A model generated the notes under the pieces. It did not search any database. It saw only the letters and a program-made list of their open reading frames with translations, and was not told where the DNA came from. From assembly GCA_002352645.1 (NCBI GenBank), contig DEIU01000039.1, positions 67,656 to 131,655 of the forward strand: a stretch of DNA of 64,000 nt. The letters are read 5' to 3'. Shown piece by piece: positions 10,636-20,887 of this stretch. The first letter of the stretch is position 1; every line of letters starts with the position of its first letter. Both the position numbers and the translations under genes were made by a program. Source of the stretch: Acidimicrobiia bacterium UBA2766 (lineage in GTDB: Bacteria > Actinomycetota > Acidimicrobiia > UBA2766).

Positions 10636-13600
10636 ATGGCGAGATATCGCTCATTGTACGAAGTCCTCGGGGTTGGTGCTGATTGTGATCTAGCGGAACT
10701 GAAACGGGCATTTAATGCTCGTGTGAAAGAGCTCCACCCTGATCTTCATCATGATCTTGACGACGTAGCGAGAGACAGTCTCACGGAAGAAATGCAGCTT
10801 GTCAATGAGGCATGGCAGACTTTACGTGACTCTGACCGGCGGCGCGCATACGACAGCGTGAGGGCCTGGGAGCTAAGCGTTGAACGTGGGCGTTTTGCTG
10901 ACTCTTCACGCCAAGGTATGGGGCTTTCTTTCCGTAAAAGGTGGCGACGTTCGCAGAAGAATAAAAATTTGCCTCCGCTGCGTTCCCGTCAGAATAGGCA
11001 GACATCTCGGAATGACTGGGCGAATAAGAATGCTGATAAGCGCCCTGAGAGCGATCTGAGAAATAAAGACTTTGAAGATAAAGACACTGATGTTGGTGCT
11101 TTTCGGAACGAGGATGCCGATCAGCCTTCGCCTGAGATAGATATTACGTCGCAGAAAACCGGGCAAGCGCAAGAGTCTTCTTTTTCTTCGCCCAGTCCTA
11201 TTGCACCGCAGGCTTTTGCTCTTGACGGATATGACAACAGGTTTCGGGACCCATCTGGCGAATCACTTGGGGACCCATCCGCTGGGCAATTTCGGGACCC
11301 CTCTGGCGAACCTTTTGGTCGAGAAGATCAACAATTTACAGAGAGTGAGGATACTGCGGAGGCGAGGCGGGCTTTTGCACAGGATGACGTGCGAGCTGTG
11401 CAGGACCAAGGCGACATTTGGGGGGGAAGAGCGGAACGAAAATGGGAAGCCGTACACTCCGCGGAAGCGCCCTGGAATGCCGCGGGGAAAATGCCCGCGG
11501 GTCCTGGCCCGCTTGATCGAGTTGCAGGAGAACCGGGTTTCCTGACGGACGAGCAACGTTCGACGGAAAAGTCCCTTCGTTCATTTGAGGACTCTGGAGT
11601 AATGCCTGTTGCTCCGGGGCCATTGGACGAGTTCATGGTTTTTGACTCGGCCGATTCAGCAGAAGAGAGAGACATTTTTTCTGCGCGGATTGAGCCGGAA
11701 GAGTCGCTTTATCAGAAGGAAAATGACTTTGAGAAAGGGTCGTCCTCTCGACAGGGCGACCCTTCTCTCTTTTCTCTGCCAGATGCTCCGCCACATCTTG
11801 AGCATCCGCATTTACACAAGGAATCTTCTCCGTCTTCTTTCTCTTCTTTTCGAGAAGATGTCGAGACTGCTGCGGGAACTCAAAAGAACGATAGTGAGCG
11901 AGACAAGGCTTGGAGACAAAGGAAGGAGGAGAAAGAAGATCGGCTTGTTCCTCCGCTTGAGGAGTCTTTGTCCTCCTCGCAGGAGGTGTCTCTTGATACT
12001 CCCTCTGATATTGAGGATGTTTTCGTTCCCAATGATGCAGACCGTTTCGTCTCAGGAGAAGCAGAGGGAGGAACTCCGGCACCGTTGGATGAGGAGAAAA
12101 CTGTCGAGAAGGAACCTGGGGCGCATCCCCCAGTTTTGTCTCAAAATGCCACTGCTGGGCTTGCCGATCATGTGTTTGATGACACCGACATTTCCTCAAG
12201 ACCCTTGCCTGGGGAGTCCTATGGGGAGAGGGCTGTGCAGAAGCAGCCTGGAGTGCGTCCGCCGGTTCCGTCTCAAGATGCTTTTACTGCCGGGCCTGCC
12301 GATCATGTGTTTGATGACACGGGCATTTCCTCATTTGAGGGTGCGACAGTATGGATGCCGCCTCCTCTCGTGGAGTTTGCAGAGGGTGAGCCTGGGGATG
12401 TTTTTCGGGTTGGGGAGGCTGCTCGCTCGGATGAACCGACTGCTGGAGCAGAGGAAGGCAAGACGGTGCGAATGCCGTCTCCTTCTGGGCTATTTGTTCC
12501 AGGGATGCCTGGTGATGTTGCCCAGAGAGATACGTATCGGCCGGAAGTTCGGCCACAAGACCGATCAGAAGATCGGCGAGGCGAGGATCCAGGGAAATCC
12601 GGGACTGAGAGGTCTGCGCAGGAAACCGTTTCTGGGGAGAGGCAGCGCATCCGTCCAGAAAACCGGGCAGAAGCAGAAGATGCCGCGATTCGGGAGGAAG
12701 AGTCTTTCGCAATGTCAGGGGTGACCTCAGGGGTTGAACTCCAGACCGTGCCAAAGCGCAATCATTATCTCCCTGTTCCGATCATTCATGAGAAGCCGCT
12801 TGCCTTTAATTGGGTTGTGTCGGGATTCGCTGTGGTCGCGTTGCTCATTGCAGGCTTTTTTCTTGTGGATAAAGTGATCTACGGAGGGCATGAGTTTCCG
12901 CCGGAGAAACGGAAAATTGTGCTTCCTATTGTGGGTCGGGCCACAGTCGTCGACATGTCGACTGGGCAGCCCTATGTGGTTTCCAAGATGACGGTGAAGA
13001 ACCATGTCGGGGATTTGCGTTCTATGAGTGCGGTCACTTCTTCTCACGACTGGCGTGTTTTTTCCGCAGGACACGGCACGAACGGGCATTTTGCAATGTG
13101 GAATTCCGAAGACGGGGGAAAAATCTGGACACGCTATAGTCCGACGGTTTTCAATGGGCCCGCGCCGCGTGAGATCACTGCTTTGGCGGCACATGGGGAG
13201 ACCCTTTTGGCGGGAGGCTCAGTGAATCGTCCTGGGGGCGGCAGCAGCGTGACTGTGTGGATGTCTGATAAAAACAGACAGTGGGAGAGCCATGCCGGTT
13301 CCGATGCCTTCTTGGACATAGAGGGGGAAGCGGAGATTACGGCAGTTGCCATTGCCCCGGGGACTGGCCGGATGGTGGCGGTGGGGAGAAATAACACAGA
13401 CGCTGCGGCCTGGTTTTCTCAGGGAGGGAAGCAGTGGTTCAAAGCTGAAGGCCAGGGTTTGTTCGGTGGTCCAGAAGTACAGCGCATGTTCGATGTTGTG
13501 GTACGTCCCGATGGTATGTTCGTTGCGGTAGGCGAGTCGGCGGGGAGAGTTGCTGCCTGGTTTTCGCTTGATGGCCGGAACTGGAAGCGCCTTCCTTTGG

Positions 13601-14100
13601 ATCCTCTTGTTTTTTCTCCGGGAACGAAGGCAAGTGCTCTTGCGGTATGGCCGGACGGTGCTTTGGTCATTGTTGGTGATGACAGTGCAACGGGAGCTGG
13701 GGCTGTCTGGTTTTCGCTGGATACCAGATCTTGGCGTCGAGTCAATGATGCACAGGAAGCTTTTACCGGAGAAGGCCCTGTCCATATTGAAGACGCCGAT
13801 ATTCTTTTGGACGGGACGTTGGTGGCGGTTGGCCATGATGCAGTTGGCGCTCTTCTCTGGATATCAGAAGGGGAAATTACTTCCGATATGACAGGAAATA
13901 TGGGATGGGTACGTGTTCCTGCACATGGCGAGAAGGATCCTTCTCGGAGCGCGCAAGTTCCTCGCCAATGGATGCGTTCTGTTGTCGCTCTTCCGAATGG
14001 GGACGCCGTCGTGGTGGGAAATGAAGGGGTTGCCTCAACTGAGGTTTTTGCTGCTGTTTGGCGAGTGAAACCTGCGAAGGGCTGGAAATTTTTTGAGTAG
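10636..14100 (+). CDS. Large membrane protein: N-terminal DnaJ (J) domain, long acidic low-complexity linker, one TM helix, C-terminal repeat (putative beta-propeller) domain
   Basis: LYEVLGV...ELKRAF...LHPD...NEAWQTLRD...RRAYD J-domain; TM WVVSGFAVVALLIAGFFLV; repeated (V/A)W-x-S-x-DG-xx-W Asp-box-like motifs. Confidence 0.85.
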   Translation: MARYRSLYEVLGVGADCDLAELKRAFNARVKELHPDLHHDLDDVARDSLTEEMQLVNEAWQTLRDSDRRRAYDSVRAWELSVERGRFADSSRQGMGLSFRKRWRRSQKNKNLPPLRSRQNRQTSRNDWANKNADKRPESDLRNKDFEDKDTDVGAFRNEDADQPSPEIDITSQKTGQAQESSFSSPSPIAPQAFALDGYDNRFRDPSGESLGDPSAGQFRDPSGEPFGREDQQFTESEDTAEARRAFAQDDVRAVQDQGDIWGGRAERKWEAVHSAEAPWNAAGKMPAGPGPLDRVAGEPGFLTDEQRSTEKSLRSFEDSGVMPVAPGPLDEFMVFDSADSAEERDIFSARIEPEESLYQKENDFEKGSSSRQGDPSLFSLPDAPPHLEHPHLHKESSPSSFSSFREDVETAAGTQKNDSERDKAWRQRKEEKEDRLVPPLEESLSSSQEVSLDTPSDIEDVFVPNDADRFVSGEAEGGTPAPLDEEKTVEKEPGAHPPVLSQNATAGLADHVFDDTDISSRPLPGESYGERAVQKQPGVRPPVPSQDAFTAGPADHVFDDTGISSFEGATVWMPPPLVEFAEGEPGDVFRVGEAARSDEPTAGAEEGKTVRMPSPSGLFVPGMPGDVAQRDTYRPEVRPQDRSEDRRGEDPGKSGTERSAQETVSGERQRIRPENRAEAEDAAIREEESFAMSGVTSGVELQTVPKRNHYLPVPIIHEKPLAFNWVVSGFAVVALLIAGFFLVDKVIYGGHEFPPEKRKIVLPIVGRATVVDMSTGQPYVVSKMTVKNHVGDLRSMSAVTSSHDWRVFSAGHGTNGHFAMWNSEDGGKIWTRYSPTVFNGPAPREITALAAHGETLLAGGSVNRPGGGSSVTVWMSDKNRQWESHAGSDAFLDIEGEAEITAVAIAPGTGRMVAVGRNNTDAAAWFSQGGKQWFKAEGQGLFGGPEVQRMFDVVVRPDGMFVAVGESAGRVAAWFSLDGRNWKRLPLDPLVFSPGTKASALAVWPDGALVIVGDDSATGAGAVWFSLDTRSWRRVNDAQEAFTGEGPVHIEDADILLDGTLVAVGHDAVGALLWISEGEITSDMTGNMGWVRVPAHGEKDPSRSAQVPRQWMRSVVALPNGDAVVVGNEGVASTEVFAAVWRVKPAKGWKFFE

Positions 14101-14447
14101 TGAAATGCAGGGAGCAGACCTCAATTCGGTGTTTGATTCCTGTAATTTTGCTGTACTCGTTTTGCGAAATGTCAGGAATCAGGACGCGAAGAACAAGGCT
14201 GGGAGAGTCGGTGTGGAGAAAGCAGAAAATGATGGGAGACAAGGCGGGCGAGAACGCGTATCTCCGTTGTCGGTTTCCTTCTTACTGTGTCAGAATTACT
14301 CGCTAATCCCTTAGCCCTTTTTCGAGCGGTTGGCGTACGGTACTGCTCGTTATATGTTTTCGGCTCGTATCGTTGGTCTGACTGGTGCAGATTGTAAGCA
14401 AGGCACCGCCCAATGATTGAGTCGGGTTTTGATATGAGGAGTTGCAG

Positions 14448-15449
14448 GTGGCAACCATTTTTTATGACAAAGATGCCGACCTTTCTCTTGTGATCTCACG
14501 TAAAGTGGCGATTCTTGGGTACGGTAGCCAAGGCCATGCGCATGCACTCAATCTGCGTGATTCTGGTGTCGATGTGCGTGTTGGCTTACCGGCGACCTCG
14601 AAGTCTGTCGCAAAGGCTGAGGCTGAAGGGCTGCGGGTCGTGACGCCAGAGCGGGCATGCGAAGAGGCGGATCTCATCATGGTCCTCGTCCCTGACCATA
14701 TCCAAGGTAGTTTGTACGAGACTGTGATAAAGGACCGTCTGAAAGACGGCGATGCCCTTTTCTTCGCGCATGGTTTCAACATTCACTATGAGGTGATTGA
14801 GCCTGCTGCGGGAGTTGACGTGGCCATGTGTGCTCCGAAAGCCCCTGGTCACCTTGTGCGCCGGACCTATGCAGAAGGCGGTGGCACCCCCGCTTTGGTT
14901 GCCGTGCGCCAGGATGCTTCAGGCAAGGCACGCGAACTTGCGATGAGCTACGCAAAGGCTTTGGGGACGACGCGAGCCGGGGTACTCGAGACGACGTTCG
15001 AGGAAGAAACAGAGACCGACCTCTTTGGCGAGCAGGTCGTGCTGTGCGGCGGTCTTACGGCTTTGGTGCAAGCTGGATTCGAGACACTCGTGGACGCTGG
15101 ATATCAGCCTGAGTCGGCTTATTTCGAATGCTTGCACGAACTCAAGCTGATTGTCGACCTGATGTATGAGGGTGGCATTGCCAACATGCGCTACTCCATC
15201 AGTGATACTGCCGAATATGGGGACTTTACCCGGGGGCCACGCATCATCACTGATGAGACCAAGCTGGAGATGCGCCGTATCCTGGATGAGATTCAGAACG
15301 GCAGTTTTGCCACTGAATTCATCCTGGAAAATCAGGCGGGACGTCCCACGATGAAATCCCTACGCCGGCAGAGCAGGCAGCACCCAATTGAAGAAGTTGG
15401 CGAAGAACTGCGCAGCATGATGCCCTGGCTTGGAAAAAAGGCCAACTGA
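14448..15449 (+). CDS. ilvC: Ketol-acid reductoisomerase
   Basis: [71 protein letters not shown] before GTG 14448. Confidence 0.98.
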   Translation: MATIFYDKDADLSLVISRKVAILGYGSQGHAHALNLRDSGVDVRVGLPATSKSVAKAEAEGLRVVTPERACEEADLIMVLVPDHIQGSLYETVIKDRLKDGDALFFAHGFNIHYEVIEPAAGVDVAMCAPKAPGHLVRRTYAEGGGTPALVAVRQDASGKARELAMSYAKALGTTRAGVLETTFEEETETDLFGEQVVLCGGLTALVQAGFETLVDAGYQPESAYFECLHELKLIVDLMYEGGIANMRYSISDTAEYGDFTRGPRIITDETKLEMRRILDEIQNGSFATEFILENQAGRPTMKSLRRQSRQHPIEEVGEELRSMMPWLGKKAN

Positions 15450-15462
15450 ATCCTTCGGTTCG

Positions 15463-15483
15463 TCTCCCGGATTTTCCGGGAGA
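15463..15483 (+). terminator. Stem-loop after ilvC
   Basis: TCTCCCGGA-TTT-TCCGGGAGA perfect 9-bp inverted repeat. Confidence 0.5.
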
Positions 15484-15502
15484 GAAACATCTTGGAGAGA
15501 AA

Positions 15503-15787
15503 GTGCCCGGAGAGGAGCCGGAAGAGGAAGCAGCGCAAGAGCCTGATCTTTCGAGTGCGGAGGTGGGCTCTGCTTTGTGCGAGGGGTCTCCTGCGGTGGA
15601 GGAGACCCCCTTTGTTGCCTGGGATCGGAAAGAGCATGGAGTGCGGGGCATACCCCCCTGTCGGGAGTGCCGGGGGGCCATGAAGAGGATCGGTGGTCGC
15701 GCGGGTATGCAATTGTGGAGCGACCATTGGCAGTGCCCGTACTGTAAGTGGGAAGTGCATCTTTCCTACGGACGAGGTTCTGTCTGA
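15503..15787 (+). CDS. Small hypothetical protein with putative zinc ribbon (CxxC...CxxC)
   Basis: CRECRG and WQCPYCKW; acidic N-terminus; GGAGAG upstream of GTG; co-oriented between ilvC and serA. Confidence 0.55.
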   Translation: MPGEEPEEEAAQEPDLSSAEVGSALCEGSPAVEETPFVAWDRKEHGVRGIPPCRECRGAMKRIGGRAGMQLWSDHWQCPYCKWEVHLSYGRGSV

Positions 15788-15935
15788 CGAAGAATGGTAA
15801 GGGAGGCAGTGTGGAAAAGGCCGGAACAAACTTCGTAAGCGAATACGTGCCTTTGACTGCCTCATATCGTCATAAACTTCTTTTTTCGTTTAGGTGTTGG
15901 GCACGATGCCAGAGATGTTGCTACGCTCCCGAGCC

Positions 15936-17567
15936 GTGGATGTCTCAACGCCCCCTCAGATAAAAATTCTTGTGACCGAACCAATAGCGGAGAGCGGCCT
16001 CGCCCTTCTGCGCGAACATCACACTCTTGTGATGGCAAAAGGTCTCGATAAACCCTCCCTGCTCCGCGAAATTGTCGACGCTGATGCTCTGGTCATCAGG
16101 TCGGCTACAAAAGTGGATGAAGAAGTGCTCACCGCAGCCTCCCGTCTCAAAGTTGTCGGGCGTGCAGGAATGGGCGTTGACAATGTGGATCTTGATGCCG
16201 CAACACGCATGGGGATTTTGGTTGTCAATGCGCCAACCTCGAACTCGATCTCGGCGGCTGAACATACGATGGCTTTGATTTTGGCGCAAGCCCGGAACAT
16301 TCCTCGTGCAGACGCCTCTTTGCGCTCCAAAAAATGGGAACGTGCAAAGCTCGGTGGGGTAGAGCTCTACCGAAAGACGCTTGGGATCCTGGGTTTCGGG
16401 CGCATCGGTATTCTGGTTGCAGAACGCGCTGCCGCGTTTGGTATGCAACTTGTGGCCTATGATCCGTACGCGCGTCCTGAAGCGGCGCAAAAGATTCAGG
16501 TAGAACTGCTCGATTCTGTGGAAGATGTGCTTGGGCGTAGTGATTTTGTCACGCTGCACCTTCCGCTCACCCCAGAGACAAAAGGCCTGATCAACGCCAA
16601 GACGATTTCCTCCATGCGGGACGGGGCCCGTCTTGTGAATGTCTCCCGTGGCGCAGTTGTGGTCGAGGAAGACCTTGCCGAGGCGATTCAGAGCGGCAAG
16701 CTTGCCGGGGCTGCGATTGATGTCTTCGCGACGGAGCCCTGTACGGACAGTCCGCTTTTTTCTTTGTCTGATGCAGTGGTTACACCGCATCTTGGTGCTT
16801 CCACGACAGAAGCACAGGATCGGGCCGGAATGGTGGTGGCAGAGCAGATTTTGGCAGCACTTGACGGAAACTTTGTGCCTTATGCCGTGAATGTGGATAT
16901 TGGCAAGCAAGTGTCGGAGGAAGTGCGGGACTTCATGCCTGTGGCAGAATCTCTCGGATCTTTTTTCGCATCCTATGCAAGTGGGGTAAGCGACTCGATC
17001 GAAATCCTTGTGGCAGGCACGTTGGCGGAACATGACACCCGTGCGCTTGTGCTCTCCGCGCTGAAAGGCATCTTCTCCCATGCTTTGGAGGAACCAGTCA
17101 CTTTTGTGAATGTGCGCGATATCGCGAAGCGTCGTGGTGTGAAGATCCGGGAAGTGTCTTCGTCGAATGCGCAGGAATATGTGAGTTTGCTGGGGATATC
17201 AGGCTTGGTCGGGGGGAAAACTCTCGAAGTAAGCGGAACGCTGGACCCGACTCGGGGTGAACCTCGTGTTATCCAAGTCAATGAGTACGACATCGATATT
17301 TGCCCTTCTGCACATATGGCAATGATCGTGAACGACGACAGGCCTGGGGTGATCGGACATGTTGGCATGGCCTTGGGAGACGCCGGTGTGAACATTGCGA
17401 ACATGATTGTGGGCCGGCATGTGGGAGATCCTTTGGCCATGATGGGCCTGAATCTTGACCAGCCGGTGCCCACTGAAGTCATGGAAGCATTGCGCAGTTC
17501 CCCAGGAGTGCTCGACGCGAAGTTTTTGCACCTTTCCAGCTTGCGAGAAAGTCAGCCTGACGTGTGA
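15936..17567 (+). CDS. serA: D-3-phosphoglycerate dehydrogenase (type I, with ASB and ACT domains)
   Basis: IRSATKV, GRAGMGVDNVD, GFGRIG, TPHLGAST, C-terminal DRPGVIG ACT domain; start uncertain (15894-15936). Confidence 0.96.
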   Translation: MDVSTPPQIKILVTEPIAESGLALLREHHTLVMAKGLDKPSLLREIVDADALVIRSATKVDEEVLTAASRLKVVGRAGMGVDNVDLDAATRMGILVVNAPTSNSISAAEHTMALILAQARNIPRADASLRSKKWERAKLGGVELYRKTLGILGFGRIGILVAERAAAFGMQLVAYDPYARPEAAQKIQVELLDSVEDVLGRSDFVTLHLPLTPETKGLINAKTISSMRDGARLVNVSRGAVVVEEDLAEAIQSGKLAGAAIDVFATEPCTDSPLFSLSDAVVTPHLGASTTEAQDRAGMVVAEQILAALDGNFVPYAVNVDIGKQVSEEVRDFMPVAESLGSFFASYASGVSDSIEILVAGTLAEHDTRALVLSALKGIFSHALEEPVTFVNVRDIAKRRGVKIREVSSSNAQEYVSLLGISGLVGGKTLEVSGTLDPTRGEPRVIQVNEYDIDICPSAHMAMIVNDDRPGVIGHVGMALGDAGVNIANMIVGRHVGDPLAMMGLNLDQPVPTEVMEALRSSPGVLDAKFLHLSSLRESQPDV

Positions 17568-17580
17568 CCCGGAAACGAGG

Positions 17581-17612
17581 AAGCGGCTGAGGTTTCTCCT
17601 CGCCGCTTTTGA
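17581..17612 (+). terminator. Intrinsic terminator after serA
   Basis: AAGCGGC-T-GAGG-tttct-CCTC-GCCGCTT followed by T residues. Confidence 0.6.
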
Positions 17613-17721
17613 CCTTTGTGCTTGGGCCTGATTTTCTTTCGTCCTGCTCTCTCGTCTTGGGTCACACTGTGCTGCTTCAGGTGTGCCCTGCAAGAGGTGA
17701 CCGTGTAGGTGTGTCACGAAC

Positions 17722-18213
17722 TTATTGCATAGTGTGTGTTTGCGCGGGAGCAGCTTGACTCCAAGGTGTGCATACTTCATCCGCGCGCGCTGCGCGTCGT
17801 ATCACGAGGGTGCCTGCTGCCATGTCGCCGAGACGGCGATGTCCCGTGCTCCAGAAAACGCTGCTTCCCCCTATCACGGGGAAAGGAAATTGCTCAAGCA
17901 AGCGCATCAGGTTGCGTCCCAGCGCCTGCTGCCATGAAACTGCCGGTATTCCGCCGGCGTTGATCACCTCGATGCCGCAGAGGTGCTTTCCCAGCGTGGC
18001 ATGCCCGGGTAGGGCTTCTTGGAGAGTGCCGTAAATAATCCAGGCTGCAATAATTCTTGCGATTCCAGGCCATCCAGCCTGAAAGACCAGGCGTTCTGCC
18101 ACAATCTCTATTTTTCCCTGGGCTATCCACCAGACTGCGAAGGGAAAGCAGACGATGAGGGTGTCGAGGAGGAGTGCTCCTGCACGGCGGAGCAAGCACT
18201 GTGTGGGATCCAT
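17722..18213 (-). CDS. RDD-family membrane protein
   Basis: RRAGALLLD, TLGKHLCGIEV, ALGRNLMR, RRLGDMAAGTLVI; start placed at ATG 18213. Confidence 0.85.
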   Translation of the reverse strand: MDPTQCLLRRAGALLLDTLIVCFPFAVWWIAQGKIEIVAERLVFQAGWPGIARIIAAWIIYGTLQEALPGHATLGKHLCGIEVINAGGIPAVSWQQALGRNLMRLLEQFPFPVIGGSSVFWSTGHRRLGDMAAGTLVIRRAARADEVCTPWSQAAPAQTHTMQ

Positions 18214-18296
18214 GCGTGGGTTCTGTTTCCGTTCCTGCCCCGCTCGGTGCAAGGCACGGGAGTGGGGAAATCCCGGTGGTTGTGTTGGGCTCGCCG

Positions 18297-18358
18297 GTGT
18301 TGTGTCTGGTGTCATGTGTCGTGTCTGGTGTCTGGTGTCTGGTGTCGTGTCTGGTGTC
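18297..18358. repeat. Microsatellite-like array of TGTCTGG/GTGTC units
   Basis: tgtgtctggtgtcatgtgtcgtgtctggtgtctggtgtctggtgtcgtgtctggtgtc. Confidence 0.8.
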
Positions 18359-19090
18359 AATTGCGGGTGTGTATTGGACCACGCTATGAGCCACGTTATC
18401 GAAGAGGCAATGCACATGGGAAACGATTCTCTGTGCAGGGCCTGTATTTTGTGTATCCCTTTTTGAGGTTTGTCGAGTGTACGCGATACCCGTGTGGCTG
18501 CCTGGTTTGTGTTTCCAGAGTTTCTCACCGGAGAGAGGGGAGAAGATGGCGCTCAGGTAGAGCTGTATTTCAGTTGGAATTGAGCGTGATGTGTGTCCAG
18601 AATGAAGCGTGTCTTGGGACAGAAAGTATGTCAGGTAGGCGGGAACGGACGAGTCTGGGCTGGTCTTTTGCCGTTTGTGGGGTTCACTTTGTGACGTGGG
18701 ACTCTGGTCGTGAGCACAAAGATGCTGACTTCGAGGCGTTCCTGCGTTATTCTCTGCCTATTGCGAAATCAGAGACCGAAATCACAGACCCGTCGCAAAC
18801 TCGTCGTAGGTTCGTCGTAAATCATGGATAAAAGCACCGCATCTTCAACGGAGATTTTCCCGGCTCGTACGCCGGGTTTTCGTGCTTTTCCCTCTTTCCC
18901 ACTTGTACGACTGCAACCAAAGGAACACAGGTTTCCTACGCGGGTTTCGTCTGATGCCTTGAGTGTGTCTCCGCTGTTTTGGGCATTGGCCCGTGATGTC
19001 CGGCGAGTGGTGTCACGACAAACAAGCAGAGGGACCGCGTCGGGTTCCGTGTTTGTTTCTGACAACAAGCTGGTGACACCGGAAAAAGCT

Positions 19091-19243
19091 GTGTTCTCGT
19101 CAGATTTTTCCGCGCGTTTTCCGGGGCATGCCTCTTTCGGTGCTTTCTTCTTGCCGCTCTCGCGGCTTCTCTTGCTTAGATAGGCGTACGTCCTTGGCAA
19201 CGGGGCGTGCGCTCCTCACTCCCGCTTTCTGCGGGGTTTTGTG
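19091..19243 (+). promoter_or_regulatory. Putative leucine-responsive attenuator (leader peptide ending SRLLLLR-stop, followed by two hairpins) upstream of leuA
   Basis: CTT CTC TTG CTT Leu run before TAG at 19183; hairpin GCGTACGTCC/GGGCGTGCGC; then CCCGC-tttct-GCGGG plus GTTTT terminator-like stem; possible starts GTG 19091 or TTG 19151. Confidence 0.65.
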
Positions 19244-19319
19244 TTGCCAGTTTTTCCAGTCGACCCGAACAACGAATGCCAGCAAGTTTTACGCGTGAGT
19301 TTTTTGAAGGAGATCTCCC

Positions 19320-20882
19320 GTGACCACCAGCACCGAACAGCTGATTGTTTTTGATACCACTTTGCGGGACGGGGAGCAGTCGCCGGGTATTGTGCTTTCT
19401 TTGCCGGAGAAGATTGAAATTGCCGAGCAGTTGAGTCAACTGGGCGTAGATGTGATTGAGGCCGGATTTCCCATTGCAAGTCATGGGGATTTTGATTCTG
19501 TGACGGCTATTGCCGAGACTGTGAAGGGGTCGGTCATTTGCGGGCTTGCTCGAACAAATTTTGCCGATATTGACCGGGCAGGGGAGGCGCTGCAAAATGC
19601 GGAGCACGCGCGCATCCATGTTTTTATTGCGACTTCTCCCATTCATATGGAGCGCAAACTTCGCATGACTCCCGAACAAGTGCTGGCAGAAGCGGCAGCG
19701 GGAGTAAAGCGGGCGGCAAGTTACACCTCTGATGTGGAATTTTCCCCAGAGGACGGCACCCGCTCCGATCCTGAGTTCATGATAAAAGTGTTGCAGGCTG
19801 CGGTGGATGCTGGGGCAACGACACTCAACATACCGGACACGGTCGGGTATGCCATGCCCTCGGATTTTGCCGGTCTCATCTCTTATGTGGTGGAGAACGT
19901 GAAAGGCCCCGACAATCTCGTGATATCCACCCATTGCCATAACGATCTCGGTATGGCTGTGGCGAACTCTCTGGCGGGAGTGGAGAGTGGTGCTCGTCAG
20001 GTCGAATGTGCCATTAACGGGATTGGCGAAAGAGCCGGGAATGCCGCGCTCGAAGAGATCGTGATGGCAGTGAAAACCCGCCCCGATTTTTTTGGGATTT
20101 CTTGCGGGATCGATACCTCTGGTTTGGCCAGGGTAAGCAAGCTGGTGTCCCGTCTCACCGGGTATCCCGTGCAGTACAACAAGGCAGTGGTGGGCCGGAA
20201 CGCGTTTGCGCACGAGGCGGGCATTCATCAGCACGGAGTTCTTGTGGACAAGCGCACCTACGAGATCATGGACGCAGAGCTTGTAGGGCAGCACACAGAG
20301 ATTGTGCTTGGGAAGCACTCTGGGCGCCATGCCTTTTCTGACGCGCTTGCCCAGCTTGGTTTGCGTTTGCAAGGAGATTCGTTGAACCAGGCTTTCATCA
20401 GGTTCAAAGAACTTGCCGATCGCAAAGGGCAAATCACCGAGGCAGACCTGGAGGCGATTGCCCATGAGGAGCTGCAGTCTGGCCTGGGTACCTGGGAGCT
20501 GGCTGAACTCAACGTGACGTTTGAGATTGGCAAAGCCCCAACTGCTTCTGTATGTGTGCGACGTGAGGAAGAACAGCGTACACAGACTGCCGAGGGCGCG
20601 GGCATGATCGATGCTGTGTGCAACGCGATCCGTTCTGCTCTGGGAGTACAAGCACAGATGATGGACTTTACGGTCTCGTCGGTCACCGGGAAAACGGATG
20701 CCTTGGGTGATGTGATTGTGCAGGTTGATGTAGGCGGAAAACACTATTCAGGCAGGGGTCTGTCCACAGATGTAGTGGAGGCCTCGGCGCGTGCCTTTCT
20801 CGCCGCCTTGAACAAGGCAATATGTAGTGATGACGTGCCCGAGGGTGTGTTCGCGCAAGTCGAAGGAGAGACTGGTCCCTGA
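19320..20882 (+). CDS. leuA: 2-isopropylmalate synthase
   Basis: FDTTLRDGEQSPG, HCHNDLG, GIGERAGNA, NKAVVGRNAFAHEAGIHQHG, LGKHSG, C-terminal regulatory domain; AAGGAG RBS. Confidence 0.96.
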   Translation: MTTSTEQLIVFDTTLRDGEQSPGIVLSLPEKIEIAEQLSQLGVDVIEAGFPIASHGDFDSVTAIAETVKGSVICGLARTNFADIDRAGEALQNAEHARIHVFIATSPIHMERKLRMTPEQVLAEAAAGVKRAASYTSDVEFSPEDGTRSDPEFMIKVLQAAVDAGATTLNIPDTVGYAMPSDFAGLISYVVENVKGPDNLVISTHCHNDLGMAVANSLAGVESGARQVECAINGIGERAGNAALEEIVMAVKTRPDFFGISCGIDTSGLARVSKLVSRLTGYPVQYNKAVVGRNAFAHEAGIHQHGVLVDKRTYEIMDAELVGQHTEIVLGKHSGRHAFSDALAQLGLRLQGDSLNQAFIRFKELADRKGQITEADLEAIAHEELQSGLGTWELAELNVTFEIGKAPTASVCVRREEEQRTQTAEGAGMIDAVCNAIRSALGVQAQMMDFTVSSVTGKTDALGDVIVQVDVGGKHYSGRGLSTDVVEASARAFLAALNKAICSDDVPEGVFAQVEGETGP

Positions 20883-20887
20883 GGGGC

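Noticed and set aside
14354..14416. ORF MFSARIVGLTGADCKQGTAQ upstream of ilvC as a leader peptide
   Set aside because: Only three scattered branched-chain codons and no downstream terminator structure
18214..19090. Long Cys/Trp-rich ORFs (e.g. 18019-18831 +) and the N-terminal extension of the RDD ORF
   Set aside because: Artefacts of the G/T-rich microsatellite and of antisense reading; no protein-like features
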